A stretch of 64,000 nucleotides of DNA from Schmidtea polychroa. Its lineage: Eukaryota. A program made the position numbers and the translations under genes. Below are positions 14,083 through 32,890 of this stretch, piece by piece. Each line of letters opens with the position of its first letter. Positions within the stretch are counted from its first letter, which is position 1. The notes under the pieces are model-generated. The model had not been told where the DNA came from. It saw nothing but the letters and a program-made list of their open reading frames with translations, and searched no databases. Location of the stretch: positions 7,318,001 through 7,382,000 of the forward strand of contig CM097885.1 of the NCBI GenBank assembly GCA_044892525.1, read 5' to 3'.

Positions 14083-15100
14083 AGTAGGTAGTTAGAAGCC
14101 CGCTGCAGCAAACCCCCCCCCCCTGCTGCACGATTTTTTTTGCTGCAACTTTTGATTACGCAATTGCTGCAACTCACATTTTTTGCTTTCAGGGATTTTT
14201 GGTCCAAATTTTTTTTATCACACTATAGTGAGGGGGTCTCGATGGTCCTGGGATTTTCAATACAAAAAATTTTTTTTCAATACAAAAACGATGGTCCTGG
14301 GATTTTCAATACAAAAAAAAATTTTTTCAATACAAAAAGCTGGTCTCAATAAAAAAGCATGGAATTTTCAGACTATAGTGAGGGGGTCTCGATGGTCCTG
14401 GGATTTTCAATACAAAAACGATGGTCCTGGGATTTTCAATACAAAAAAAAATTTTTTCAATACAAAAAGCTGGTCTCAATAAAAAAGCATGGGATTTTCA
14501 GACTATAGTTAGGGGGTCTCGATGGTCCTGGGATTTTCAATACAAAAAATTTTTTTTCAATACAAAAACGATGGTCCTGAGATTTTCAATACAAAAAAAT
14601 TTTTTCAATACAAAAATCCTACTACCAGTAAAAAAGCATGGATTATTCACACTATAGTGAGGGGGTCTCAATGGTCCTGGGATTTTCAATACAAATAAAA
14701 TTTTTCAATAGAAAATCTGACTATCAATAAAAAAGCATGGTAATTTAAGGTCTCAGGATATTTTCAATACAAATAGGTGGTCTACACTAAAAAAGCGAAG
14801 GATTTTTCAGACTATAGTGAGGTGGGTCTCTTTGCTCCTGAGAAAAAGGTGGTCTACACTAAAAAACGTGGTAAATTTTTCAATTAAAGTAAATTATGGT
14901 CCTAAAAATTGAATTACAGTAAATTATGGCTCAGATTTTTAAATTACAGTAAATTATGGTCCTAAAAAATTAAATTACAGTAAATTATGGTTCTAAAAAA
15001 TTAAATTATGGCTCAAATTTTTCAATTACAGTAAATTATGGTCCTAAAAAAATTAATTCAAAAATCTGAGCCCATAATTTACTGTAATTTAAAGTAAATT
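14083..15100 (+). repeat. Left terminal inverted repeat with internal subrepeats (CACTATAGTGAGGGGGTCTCGATGGTCCTGGGATTTTCAATAC; AGTAAATTATGG)
   Basis: Reverse-complement match to 37948-38607, e.g. 14821-14893 vs ~38122-38194. Inner boundary approximate. Confidence 0.8.
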
Positions 15101-16916
15101 ATGGGCTAAAAAATTAAATTAAAGTAAATTATGGTCTAAATAAGTAAATTATGGCTCAAATTTTTAAATTACAGTAAATTATGGTTCTAAAAAATTAAAT
15201 TACAGTAAATTATGGCTCAAATTTTTAAATTACAGTAAATTATGGCTCAAATTTTTCAATTACAGTAAATTATGGTTCTAAAAAATTAAATTACAGTAAA
15301 TTATGGTCCAAATTTTTAAATTAAAGTAAATAATGGTTCTAAAAAATTAAATTAAAGATAATTATGGTCCAAATTTTTAAATTAAGTAATCAATGGTAAA
15401 AAATTTTAAATAAGTAAATTAAAGTAATAATTTTTAAATTAAGTAATCAATGGTAAAAAAATTTTAAATAAGTAAATTAAAGTAAATTAAAGTAAGATTT
15501 TAAAATTTATTAACAAAAAGTTGAAATAATAGGTGTTTGAGAATTGAAATTTTTTAATGAAAATTTTTTATGAAATAATTTTTTAAGAAATTTTTAATGA
15601 AATATTTTTCAATGGTAATTTTTAATGGAAATTTTTATAGAATAATTTTTTAAGTTAATTTTTAATGGAAATTTTTATGAAATATTTTTCAATGATAATT
15701 TTAGATGGAAATTTTTAAGATAATTTTAAATGAAAATTTTTATGAAATATTTTTCAAAGACAAATTTTAATAATAATAATTCAACAACAAACCAACAACT
15801 TAGTACCAACAACCAGTAACTTATGAACATGTATTAACAACCAGATACCTACAACTAGTTACTAACAACCTGATACCAGATACCAAGTACTTACAACTAG
15901 TTACTAACAACCAGATACATGATACCAAGTACTTACAACTAGATACTAACAATATGTTACCAGATACCAAGTACTTACAACTAGTTACTAACAACCAGTT
16001 ACCTGATACCAAGTACTTACAACTAGTTACTAACAATCAGTTACCTGCTACCAAGTACTTAAAACTAGTTACTAACAACCAGATACATGATACCAAGTAC
16101 TTACAACTAGATACTAACAATATGTTACCAGATACCAAGTACTTACAACTAGTTACTAACAATCAGTTACCTGATACCAAATACTTACAACTAGATACCA
16201 AGTACTATCAACCAAAAACAACCAACCAACTAGGTACTAGATACCAAGTACTAACAACCAACAACAACCAGGTACTAAGCATTATCAACCAACTAAATAC
16301 TAAGTACTAACAACCAACTAACAACTAGATACCAAGTACTAACAACCAACATCAACCAGGTACTAAGCATTATCAACCAAGTACTAACAACCAAGTAACT
16401 TACCTAGTACTAAGCACTGTCAACTAGATACCAAGCACTGACAACCAGATGACCACATGAAATTATTGGTTAAATAAGTAAATTAATATTTAATTTTTAA
16501 ATTAACTAATCAATGGTCTAAAATATTAAAGTCAATTTAAGATGAAAGTTTTCTGGGATTTTCAATGTTAATTTTAGATGCAAATCTTTGTCAATTAATC
16601 AATGACCACATGAAATTATTAGTTAAATATGAAAATAAGGATTACAATTAGTTGTTAAATTAAGAAATAAAGGATAAATAGGTAAATTAAGGATAAGTAA
16701 ATTAAAGAAAACAATGGTTTAAATTTTAAATAAGTAAATTAAAGTAATTTAAAGTAAGATTTTTAAATTTATTATCAAAAGATTGAATAACCACGATCTT
16801 TTTTTGAAAAATGTAATTTTTAATGAAAATTTAAATGGAAATTTTTTTAAGTTAATTTTTAAAGTAAATTTTAATGAAATAATTTTTTAAGTTAATTTTT
16901 AATGAAAATTTTAATG

Positions 16917-16958
<42 letters not shown>

Positions 16959-18455
16959 TAATAATAATAATTCAACAGTTCCCAACAATCGGTTACTAAA
17001 TATTTTTAACTAGATGCTAACAATTACTTACAATATGATACCACGTACTAACTAACTCTCAAACAACCACATACTTACAACTAACTACTTACACTCAACT
17101 AAATATTCTTCATTGTATTTTATGAAATGCTTTTTAAATTAATTTTTTATCTGTCTTCAAAAATAAGTTTAATTACAATCAGTAGAAAAACCTTTTCAAA
17201 ATGTCTAAATTTAGCAAAAATGTTGATTTTCATCAAAAAACCACAACTCAACCACTTTAAAACACCACGTGAAATTCAAAATAATTTAAATTACAATGAA
17301 AGACTAATGAATTCTAATTTACAAAACATTCTTCTTTTAAATGATAATTACTGACTTATTATTGCAATGTAAAAATCGCATTCAATAAATACTTATTGCT
17401 GATCAGTTTTATTATATATACTCTGAGTTTATCCGACAGGATGTTTTGACCCCCTAAGGGTACTGGTCGTAAGGGTATTAGTCGTAAGGGTATTAGTCGT
17501 AAAGGTACTAGTCGTAAGGGTATTGGTAACACTCAACCACTACCTACTCATTAATTAACTACCATGTACTAACAACCAGTTACCTGATACCAAGTACATA
17601 CAACCAACAACAACCAGGTACTAAGCATTATCAACCTACAACTATATAACAACAATCAGTAAACAACACTCTACCAACTATTAAATACAAGATACCAACA
17701 ACTAGATACCAAGTACCAACAATCAACTAACCATACATAAAAATAATAGCAATTAAATACAAAATATTCTTCATCACATACACTATCTTCTTATCAAAAT
17801 CTAAAAAGTCAACCAACTACTTACAACCAACAACTATGTACTAACAAATTGATCTTTAAAAGAAAATACTCTTCACTTGAAAAATTGGATGAAAAATTAA
17901 TTGAACTCAAGGCATCAATAACTAGGTAAAAATTGATTAAATATCATTAAAAAATACTAATAATTTCATCATTAAATATCATTATAAAAATTTAAATAAT
18001 AGACAAGAAAGAATTCTAGTTATTAATCATCCAGTAAATAAAAAAATACTGATAATTCAAGTTGAATCAACTAAGATAATAAATTAATAAGATAAGATCT
18101 AGTAGATAATTGATTTAGATTGAATAAATTAATTGAAATAAAATTAATTTTAATTATTTTTTTTTTAAAAGTACTCAAATTGATTGACTGATTGCTCAAT
18201 ATATTCAAAAAATCATTATGAATTCATTACAATTATCAAAGTCATCAATCTACAATAAAAATAATTATCATTAAATTCCAAAAGAGACTAGATAACTAAT
18301 GATAACATCTAATAAACCAGTAAATTCATTTTAAATGACAATAATTGGTATATCCGAGTGAATTCTCCTATAAAACTTTTGTAAATCACTGTACTTGAAA
18401 TTTAAAATAAATATAACTGACTAGGTCCCATTGAAAGATTAAATTTATCCATTCA

Positions 18456-19141
18456 GGACCAAGGAGACTCACCTGAATTGACCTAGAAAAATCCATGCTT
18501 TTTTAGTGTAGACCACCTTTTTCTATTGAAAATATCCTGAGACCTTAAATTACCATGCTTTTTTAGTGTAGACCAGCTTTTTGTATTGAAAATCCCAGGA
18601 CCATCGAGACCCCCTCACTATAGTCTGAAAAATCCTTGGCTTTTTTAGTGGTAGTCGGATTTTTGTATAGAAAAAATTTTATTTGTATTGAAAATCCCAG
18701 GACCAAGGAGACTCACCTCACTATAGTCTGAAAAATCCTTGGCTTTTTTATTGGTAGTCGGATTTTTCTATTGAAAAAAATTTATTTGTATTGAAAATCC
18801 CAGGACCATCGAGACCCCTTCACTATAGCGTGAATAATCCATGCTTTTTTATTGGTAGTCGGATTTTTGTATAGAAAAATTTTTTTTTGTATTGAAAATC
18901 CCTGGACCATCGAGACCCCCTCACTATAGTCTGAAAATTCCATGCTTTTTTAGTGAGACCGCCTTTTTGTATTGAAAAATTTTTTTTGTATTGAAAATCC
19001 CAGGACCATCGTTTTTGTATTGAAAAAATTTTTTTGTATTGAAAATCCCAGGACCATCGAGACCATCGGGAACAATTGCGTAATAAAAATTTGGGAACAA
19101 ACCCCCCCCCCCAGGGGGGGTAATTGTTCCCGTGCGCTACT
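18456..19141 (-). repeat. Internal copy of the right TIR within the large element
   Basis: Reverse complement of ~14160-14860. Ends CCCGTGCGCTACT after a C-tract/G-tract hairpin. Confidence 0.75.
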
Positions 19142-24753
<5,612 letters not shown>

Positions 24754-27514
24754 GGAATATATTATTGTAAGGGAGATATAGTCGATTGACTTTAATAAGA
24801 GATCGGTTAAGATGGGAAAATATGATCTTTTAAGGGAGATATAGTCGGTTAGATTTAATGAGAGATCGGTCAAGATGGAAATATTTCATTTTAAGAAAGA
24901 TATAGTCGGTTGCTTTTAATGAGGGAAGGGTTTCGATGGGAATCTTTTGAATATTTACATTGGTAATGTTGGTCAAATATCAATGTTTTAAGGGAAATTG
25001 CAATTAGTCAGTTATGAATCAATAATAATTATATCGTTTTATTAGGTTGTGATTAATCCATTGTATATTAATTTAGATTTATGGTTTATTAAGTAGGGTT
25101 AATGATCGATTTACTTGGTTTTGACAATGAAATCTTTACAAATAATTGGGATTGACTTCAACTTTAAATTATTTTTATCTTTATTTAGGCGGACAACGAC
25201 AAAAGTTGAGAAATATGGACTTAAAACATTGACTAAATAAAATAGATCTTTATTGGAAGAAATCTTGATTTTAATTAGTAATTAAATCGGTTGAATATCG
25301 GTAAAAATGATCATTTGAAGAAATATATTTTATTGAATGGATAAATTTAATCTTTCAATGGGACCTAGTCAGTTATATTGTAGTAATATTTATTTAAAAT
25401 ATCGAGTACAGTGATTAACAAAAAATTTAATTATAACCAGTTTTATCATTAGATTTTATAAATTATTTAGGGTTAATGATTTTACAGGTTTTATAGGGAA
25501 ATATTCGTGATAATACGAATTAAAGTTAGAATTATAGTCATTTAAAGGGGAGTTTAAGCAATCTTATTAGTTTGAGGTGAATATATGATCCTTTACGGTA
25601 CTTATCATTAAAATATCAATCTTTAAAGATAGTGTTATTTCAATGAAATTTGATGCTTTTTAGATGATATTTGTAATAATATGAATTAAGGATAGAAATA
25701 TAGTCATTTAAGGGGATTTTAAGGAATCTTGTTAGTTTGAGGTGAATATATGATCTTTAACAAGTACTTATCGATAAGATACTAATCTTAAAAGATATAG
25801 ATATTTCAGGGAAAATGATTCTTTTTAGATGATTTTATTAGAGAATTCACTTGGATATACCAATTATTTAAATGAATTTACTGGTTTGTTAGATGTTATC
25901 ATTAGTTATCTAGTCTCTTTTGGAATTTAATGATAATTATTTTTATTGTAGATTGCTGACTTTGATAATTGTAATGAATTTATACTGATTTTTTGAATAT
26001 ATTGAGAAATCAGTCAATCATTTTGAGTACTTTTAAAAAAATAATTAAAATTAATTTTATTTCAATTAATTTATTCAATCTAAATCAATTATCTACTAGA
26101 TCTTATCTTATTAATTTATTATCTTAGTTGATTCAACTTGAATGATCAGTATTTTTTTTTAATTTACTGGATGATTAATGATTAGAATTCTTTCTTGTCC
26201 ATTAATTAAATTTTTATGATATTTATTTCGAATAATTTAAATTTTTACAATAATTTAATCAATTTTTACCAAGTTATTGATGTCTTGAGTTCAATTAATT
26301 TTTCATCCAATTTGCCAAGTGATGAGTATTTTCTTTTAAAGATTAATTTGTTACTACATAGTTGTTGGTTGTAAGTAGTTGATAGTTGATATTTGATTGA
26401 CTTTTTAGATTTTGATAAGATAGTGTATGTGATGAAGAATGTTTTGTATTTAATTGCTATTATTTTTATGTGTGGTTAGTTGATTGTTGGTACTAAGTTG
26501 TTGGTATCTTGTATTTGGTAGTTGGTAGAGTGTTGTTAATTTCTCGATGGGTTTTGATGGTGGTTGTTAGTAACTAGTTGTAGGTATCTGGTTGTTAGTG
26601 TTTAGTATTTAGTTGTTTGAAACCTAGTTGTTAGTACATGGTAACTAATTAATGAGTAGGTGGGGGTTGAGTGTTACCAATACCCTTACGACCAGTACCC
26701 TTAGGGGGTCAAAACATCCTGTCGGATAGACTAAGAGTATATATAATAAAACTGATCAACAATAAGTATTTATTGAATGCGATTTTTACTTTGCAATAAT
26801 AAGTTATCAATTAAAAGAAGAATGTTTTGTAAATTAGAATTCATTAGTCTTTCATTGTAATTTAAATTATTTTGAATTTCACGTGGTGTTTTAAAGTGGT
26901 TGAGTTGTGGTTTTTTGATGAAAATCAACATTTTTTGTGTTAGGTGGTTAATGGGTAGGTGGGGGTTGAGAGTTAGCAATATCCTTACGACCAGTACCCT
27001 TACGACTAATACCCTTACGACCAGTAACCTTACGACCTGTACCCTTAGGGGGTCAAAACATCCTGTCGGATAAACTCAGAGTATATATAATAAAACTGAT
27101 CAACAATAAGTATTTATTGAATGCGATTTTTACTTTGCAATAATAAGTCAGTAGTTATCATTTAAAAGAAGAATGTTTTGTAAATTAGAATTCATTAGTC
27201 TTTCATTGTAATTAAAATTATTTTGAATTCCACGTGGTGATGAGTTGTGGTTTTTGATGAAAATCAACATTTTTGTTAAATTTGAAAAGGTTTCTCTAAT
27301 GATTGTAATTAAATATATTTTTGAAGATAGATAAAAAATTAATTTAAAAAGCATTTCATAAAATACAATAAAGAATATTTAGTAGTTAGTTGTAAGTATC
27401 TGGTTGTTTGAGAGTTAGTTAGTACGTGGTATCATGGTGTAAGTATTTGTTAGCACCTAGTTAAAAATAATCAGTAACCGATTGTTGGTAACTGTTGAAT
27501 TATTAGTATTTTTA

Positions 27515-27568
<54 letters not shown>

Positions 27569-28951
27569 CATTTAAATTTCCATTTAAATTTTCATTATAA
27601 ATTACATTTCTCAAAAAAGTTGGTGGTTATTCAATCTTTTGATAATAAATTTAAAAATCTTACTTTAATTTACTTATTTAGCTTTAATTTAAAATTTGAA
27701 CCATTGGTTACTTAATTTTAAATTTTGAACCTTAATTTACTTATTTAAAATTTTTAACTTTAATTTACCTAATTATTCTTTATTTCTTAATTTTACACCA
27801 TAATTTACTTAACAACTAATTATAACCATTATTTTCATATTTAACCAATAATTTCATGTGGTCATCTGGTTGTAAGTGTTTGGTATCTAGTTGACAGTGC
27901 TTAGTACTAGGTAAGTTACTTGGTTGTTAGTACTTGGTTGATAATGCTTAGTACCTGGTTGATGTTGGTTGTATGTACTTGGTATCTAGTTGTTAGTAAC
28001 TAGTTGTAGGTAATTAATGCTTAGTAGTTGGTAGTAGTATGTAGTAAGGACTCCAGCGCACTTTCAAGGTCATGGAATATCAAGATCAAATATAGACCAA
28101 TCGAATCATTTATTTTTTAAATTAACATTTTATTTAATTACTTCTTTTTAATTTTTCTTTTTAATTTTATTAATTAATTATTTTATGATGTTATATTTTA
28201 ATTACTTACTTTATTTAATTTTTAATTTATTACATTTAATTAATTTATTAGTTTATTAATATTTTATTTTAATTACTTACGCTTTATTATTATTATTTTA
28301 TTTATTTATTTATTTATTTATTTATTTTTTTATTTATTATTTTTTATTTATTTATTTATTTATTTATTTTTATTTTTATTTATTTTTTTTAATTTAAATT
28401 TTATTTAATTACTTCAATTTATTTATTTTTTAATTTTCTTAATTAATTATTTTATTATGTTTTTATTTTAGTTACTTACTTTAGTTAATTTTTAATTTAT
28501 TACATTTAATTAATTAATTAGTTTATTAATATTTTATTTTAATTACTAACGTTATTTAATTATTATTATTATTATTATTTATTTATTATTATTATTATTA
28601 TTTATTATTATTATTATTATTAATTTTTTTTTTTTTTTTTTTTAAATTTTACATTTACATTATATTCTAACAAGAGCGTAGATTATAACAGTAATATTTC
28701 AATTTGAATAAAATTTTAATTAGAAATTATTTAATTTATTATAAAATAAAACGCTGAGTTAATTTTAGATAAACCGGATATTAATTTTTCGGAAAAAATA
28801 AATAAATAAATAAAATAAACACGAAAATAATATTTCTTACTTGAAACTAATTATCTAAATTAATTGGACAAATAAATAATTAAATGATAAAACACATTTT
28901 AATTAACTAAGTCAAATAATTCACAATATATATTTTATTATTCACATAAAT

Positions 28952-31288
28952 TTAATTGTTAAAGTGCTTGTTTCGATTTGCATTCATTTGTAGACGGAGC
29001 AGTTGCAATATGCATTTGACGAATCTTATAGTGACCGTAGGCATAGCTTTCATTAGAATTGAACCAATATCTTTTATCATCCAAACATTGGAGAGCTCGT
29101 TTTTCTGTAATGAAAGTATCAACTGATGATTAACACTTCCTATTCTCTTTTGTTGGATGCTCACTGTTCCACCGTCAGTATACACTTTTTTATAAGCTTC
29201 ATGGGTGATATTAGAATTTGTAAGACTTATTCCTTTGGCTTTTAGAGTGTTTTTATCGCCTTGGAGTGAGTAGCATTTGGGTCGAAGAAACACCCATTCT
29301 TTATATTGGTTTCCTTTATTCTCATCCTTAACTTTCCCGATTACCGAACAAATTTTATCTGAGAACAATGGATCAGTCACTGGATAATTTGAAGTATCTA
29401 GGAGCCCATCTTCAATCATTTTTGGATATAGTTGTAAGCGTAAATCAACATTTTTACACTCTAAAAAGAAGGAATCTGTGTCACCGGCTACGATATTAAT
29501 TTGACAATTGAATTCTTCTCTATAACTCTGTAGTTCTTTATATTGAAACTTGTACATGCGAAATTTAGATAAATCAAGTACGGTTTGTCCAATATACATT
29601 GGTCTATCTAAACACACCATTTCCTTATCAAGTATAACAGCAATGAGATCATCCGCAATCTTGATGCTACGACGAAACATAGGATTACTACAATAAGTTA
29701 TCAATCTTTTGCTTTTGCTGCATAATCTCAAATTTATACGTTTCTTCAAGTTTTCCACAGTTTTACCGTATAAACTGTTGTTCTTTAACTTATAATAGTC
29801 TCGCTGAAACGAATCCGTACTAGCTGCTCTCATTTTGGTATTGTAATCAATATATCCTTTGAAAATAGCCACTTGCTTGAATTCTACAGCACGATTAACT
29901 TTTGTGACCTTTGCGCCGTAACTCATCCACTCTGTCAAAATTCTACCATTAACTACATAGTTTTTCTTAGGCTCATGAGTTAACAACAACTTTTCAACTT
30001 TACTACCAGGTGGATAACAAAGCTCAGGAGCTATAGGTAAATCATCTAGCTTATCTTGTATACTATCAGGAATGACGATGTCAACCTCTAGAACATATCC
30101 ACGATCTCCATCAAACTCATCCCCATTTGCACATCTTTCAACAATACCATTCATTTCAGTCTGATCATTTATCCATCTAAATTCACCAATAGGAAGTTTT
30201 CGCGACAGCGCCCATCCATATAAATTATTAACATCTAGGTATGACATTTGTGTTGATTCATCAGCTTCAACATGATGTTTGTTGATAAATGTCATTCCAC
30301 CACGAATACCAGCTTCAAATAAACGGTAAAGCTCTGGATCTTGAATAAGTTCTACTGGTTCAGGTAACTGTTTAATAGCTGATGCCCAACTTAATCCGGG
30401 TATGGAAACAAACGATAGAGCCTCAAGTCCATCTTCGTCAAATGTTTTTTCTCTGAAAGCTTCAAAAACATCGGCCAACAGAAAAACATCCAGCTTGAGA
30501 TATATTAGCATGTAATCTAGCAGTGTCTCACAGTTGTATTGTCGCCAGATTCGATTTGCATGTATATAATCTTCTTCACTAACTCCCTCCCAAATCGGTG
30601 GTAATTCTGTTATTGACTGTAAAACATCCATTGATGTAGCCATATCATAAGGAAAAATGGTTTTACAAGTCATCATCTGCGATTCGAAAACATCTGAGGT
30701 CAGTGGAAGACATGGTAAATTTTTTGATAAATTTGCCAAGCTGCTATTTAAAAATTGTAAAGAATCAATGAATCTAATTCTTCTGCCTTTCGATGTCGCT
30801 GTAAGTGTGAGAAACTTTTCTGTTGATTGAGGAATAACATTTAAATTCCAATCAGGGAATTTTCCAATTGCATATTTTAATATATGATGAATGTCATATC
30901 CACGAAGATTATGAAATACAACAGGTAAAGACGGATTGATTCTTCTAGCCAAGTTGCAATCTTGACATGCTGCTCCGAGATATTGACCAGTAAAATGATC
31001 ATGATCTCGAACAGGTATATTAATAATCTTTTTACAAAGGTAGCAATGTGTTTGAGTCGTGAATTCTTCCTGCTGTTCCCAAGTGAGTTCCATCATTTCC
31101 TTTGATCCATTAGTTTTATACCACGGATAAACTATGTCTGTAGCTATATCATCCAATGCTTGTATAAACTGAATGATACAGTTTTTCCCAACAAATGTTT
31201 CATTTCGAATCGGACAACCTTGATGAAGAAGCACAAATTCAGATGCAATCGGCTCATGTTTTTGGAAGTGTTTGTCATCTAGAGGTAA
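28952..31288 (-). pseudogene. Inverted, 5'-truncated duplicate of the pPolB gene
   Basis: Translation is identical to the + copy from LPLDDKHFQK onward, and the ExoI motif is lost. A 1-nt deletion near 29120 (CAGTTGATACTTTC vs CAGTTGTATACTTTC) shifts the C-terminus. The ORF-track N-terminus (31289-31369) is non-coding hairpin sequence. Confidence 0.9.
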
Positions 31289-31519
31289 GAGAGAAAAAGC
31301 GAGAGAAAAAACAGTAGAGTAGGGTATTGTGTGGAGTCGATGAGTCATATGACCTTGATGAGTCATCACGATGAGTCATGGCCTTTGTTTAAAAAAAATT
31401 TTTACCCCCCCCTCCCCGGGGGTATGACTTATATGTCTTTGTGACGTCATCGATGACGTCATATGTCTTTGTTCCCGACTCCACACAATACCCTGTTTTT
31501 TCTCTCTCTTTTTCTCTCT
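31288..31519. repeat. ~230-bp hairpin with AGAGAG...CTCTCT ends; loop carries TGAGTCA, TGACGTCA and a C/G tract
   Basis: Perfect 19-bp arms AGGGTATTGTGTGGAGTCG (31321-31339) and CGACTCCACACAATACCCT (31476-31494), extended by AGAGAGAAAAAGCGAGAGAAAAAACAG and CTGTTTTTTCTCTCTCTTTTTCTCTCT. Confidence 0.85.
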
Positions 31520-31559
31520 TTTCTCTTTGTTCGATTGGGATTTAAGTGTAACAATGTAT

Positions 31560-32165
31560 AGGCAGAATTTAATTCTCTACAAAATGGCTCAATTAAAACT
31601 TTAGTTTGTCGCTTTGTGTGTAATACACACATGTTTTTACGATAAATTTGTATTTTCGCGCGGTTAACGTAATTTTCTTGGATTTTTATTCATATATTAT
31701 ATAGATAAAATTTAATTTTCTATAAAATAGCTTGATTACAAATTATGTCTCGTATGTTGTGTGTAATACACACAATTTTTTACGATAAATTTGTATTTTT
31801 CATATAGTTAACGTAATTTTCTTAGGATTTTATTCATATAATATATAGATAAAATTTAATTTTCTATAAAATAGCTTGATTAAAAAATATGTCTCGTATG
31901 TTGTGTGTAATACACACATGTTTTTACGATAAATTTGTATTTTTCATACAGTTAACGTAATTTCCTTGGATATTTATTCATATATTATATAGATAAAATT
32001 TAATTTTTCTATAAAATAGCTTGATTAAAAATTATGTCTCGTATGTTGTGTGTAATACACACATGTTTTTACGATAAATTTGTATTTTTCATACAGTTAA
32101 CATAATTTCCTTGTATATTTATTCATATATTATAGAGATAAAATTTAATTTTCTATAAAATGGAT
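31560..32165 (+). repeat. ~144-bp tandem repeat, ~4 copies, each with palindrome TGTGTGTA-A-TACACACA
   Basis: The palindrome recurs at ~31615, 31759, 31903 and 32047. Confidence 0.9.
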
Positions 32166-32729
32166 TGATCTAGAGTTTAAAATGTTGTATTATTTTATTA
32201 CTTTGTTGCAATATTTTTATAATCTTATAACAATTTGCTTAAATATTTTACATCTGGTGAAATATTTCCGAAATATGTTATTACTTTGTTGTAATTTACT
32301 GAAAGACTTCACAATTTATTACAATATTCTTTTTAATTTGTTGTCCGTCTTCGAAATAATGCATTGATTTGTCCCAATTAACATCATTATTTTATTACTT
32401 TGTTGCAATATTTTTATTATTTTAGTTACAATTTGATAAATATTTTACAACTTTGTTGAAATTTTCTGAAATATGTTACTACTTTGTTGTAATATTTTCT
32501 AATCTTGTTACAATTTGCTTAAATATTTTACAACTGTTGAAAATTTATCAGAAATATGTTATTACTTTGTTACAATTTTATGAAAACGTTATTACTGTTT
32601 TGCAATTTGATGAAAAATGATATTACTTTGTGGGTTCATCACATTATTTTTTTATTAAATTATTATGAAAAATGTTAAATAAGTCAACTTTAGCATCAAA
32701 ATGTGTTTTAAAATACTGCAACGTAATGC

Positions 32730-32870
32730 ATTTATTTTTCCTACCCCCTTCCTTGATTTTGATTGGTCAGAATATATTTATTTTTCCTACCCCTTCCTTC
32801 ATTTTGATTGGTCAGAATTTAATCATGTGTAATATATAAGCAGTAACTTTTCAAATGTTTGTCATTTAAA
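32730..32870 (+). promoter_or_regulatory. Putative Pol II promoter of pPolB: duplicated inverted CCAAT box, TATA box, Inr-like TCATT
   Basis: A ~47-bp direct repeat contains GATTGGTCAG twice (~32761, ~32806). TATATAAG is at 32833 and TCATT at 32862, about 30 nt downstream, just before the first intron. Confidence 0.6.
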
Positions 32871-32890
32871 CTTTTAATTTAACTTATATA

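Noticed and set aside
14220..14830. CTCACTATAG resembling the T7 promoter (vector contamination)
   Set aside because: It lacks TAATACGA and is an integral, diverging subrepeat of the TIRs in many copies.
15821..16310. Repeat-protein ORFs (PDTKYLQLVTNNQ)
   Set aside because: Derived from the AC-rich tandem array; not preserved as an ORF in the mirror array at 3106-4480.
31289..31369. Novel N-terminus (MMTHQGH...) for the 805-aa minus-strand pol ORF
   Set aside because: Chance read-through into the hairpin; the copy lacks ExoI and has a frameshifted C-terminus.
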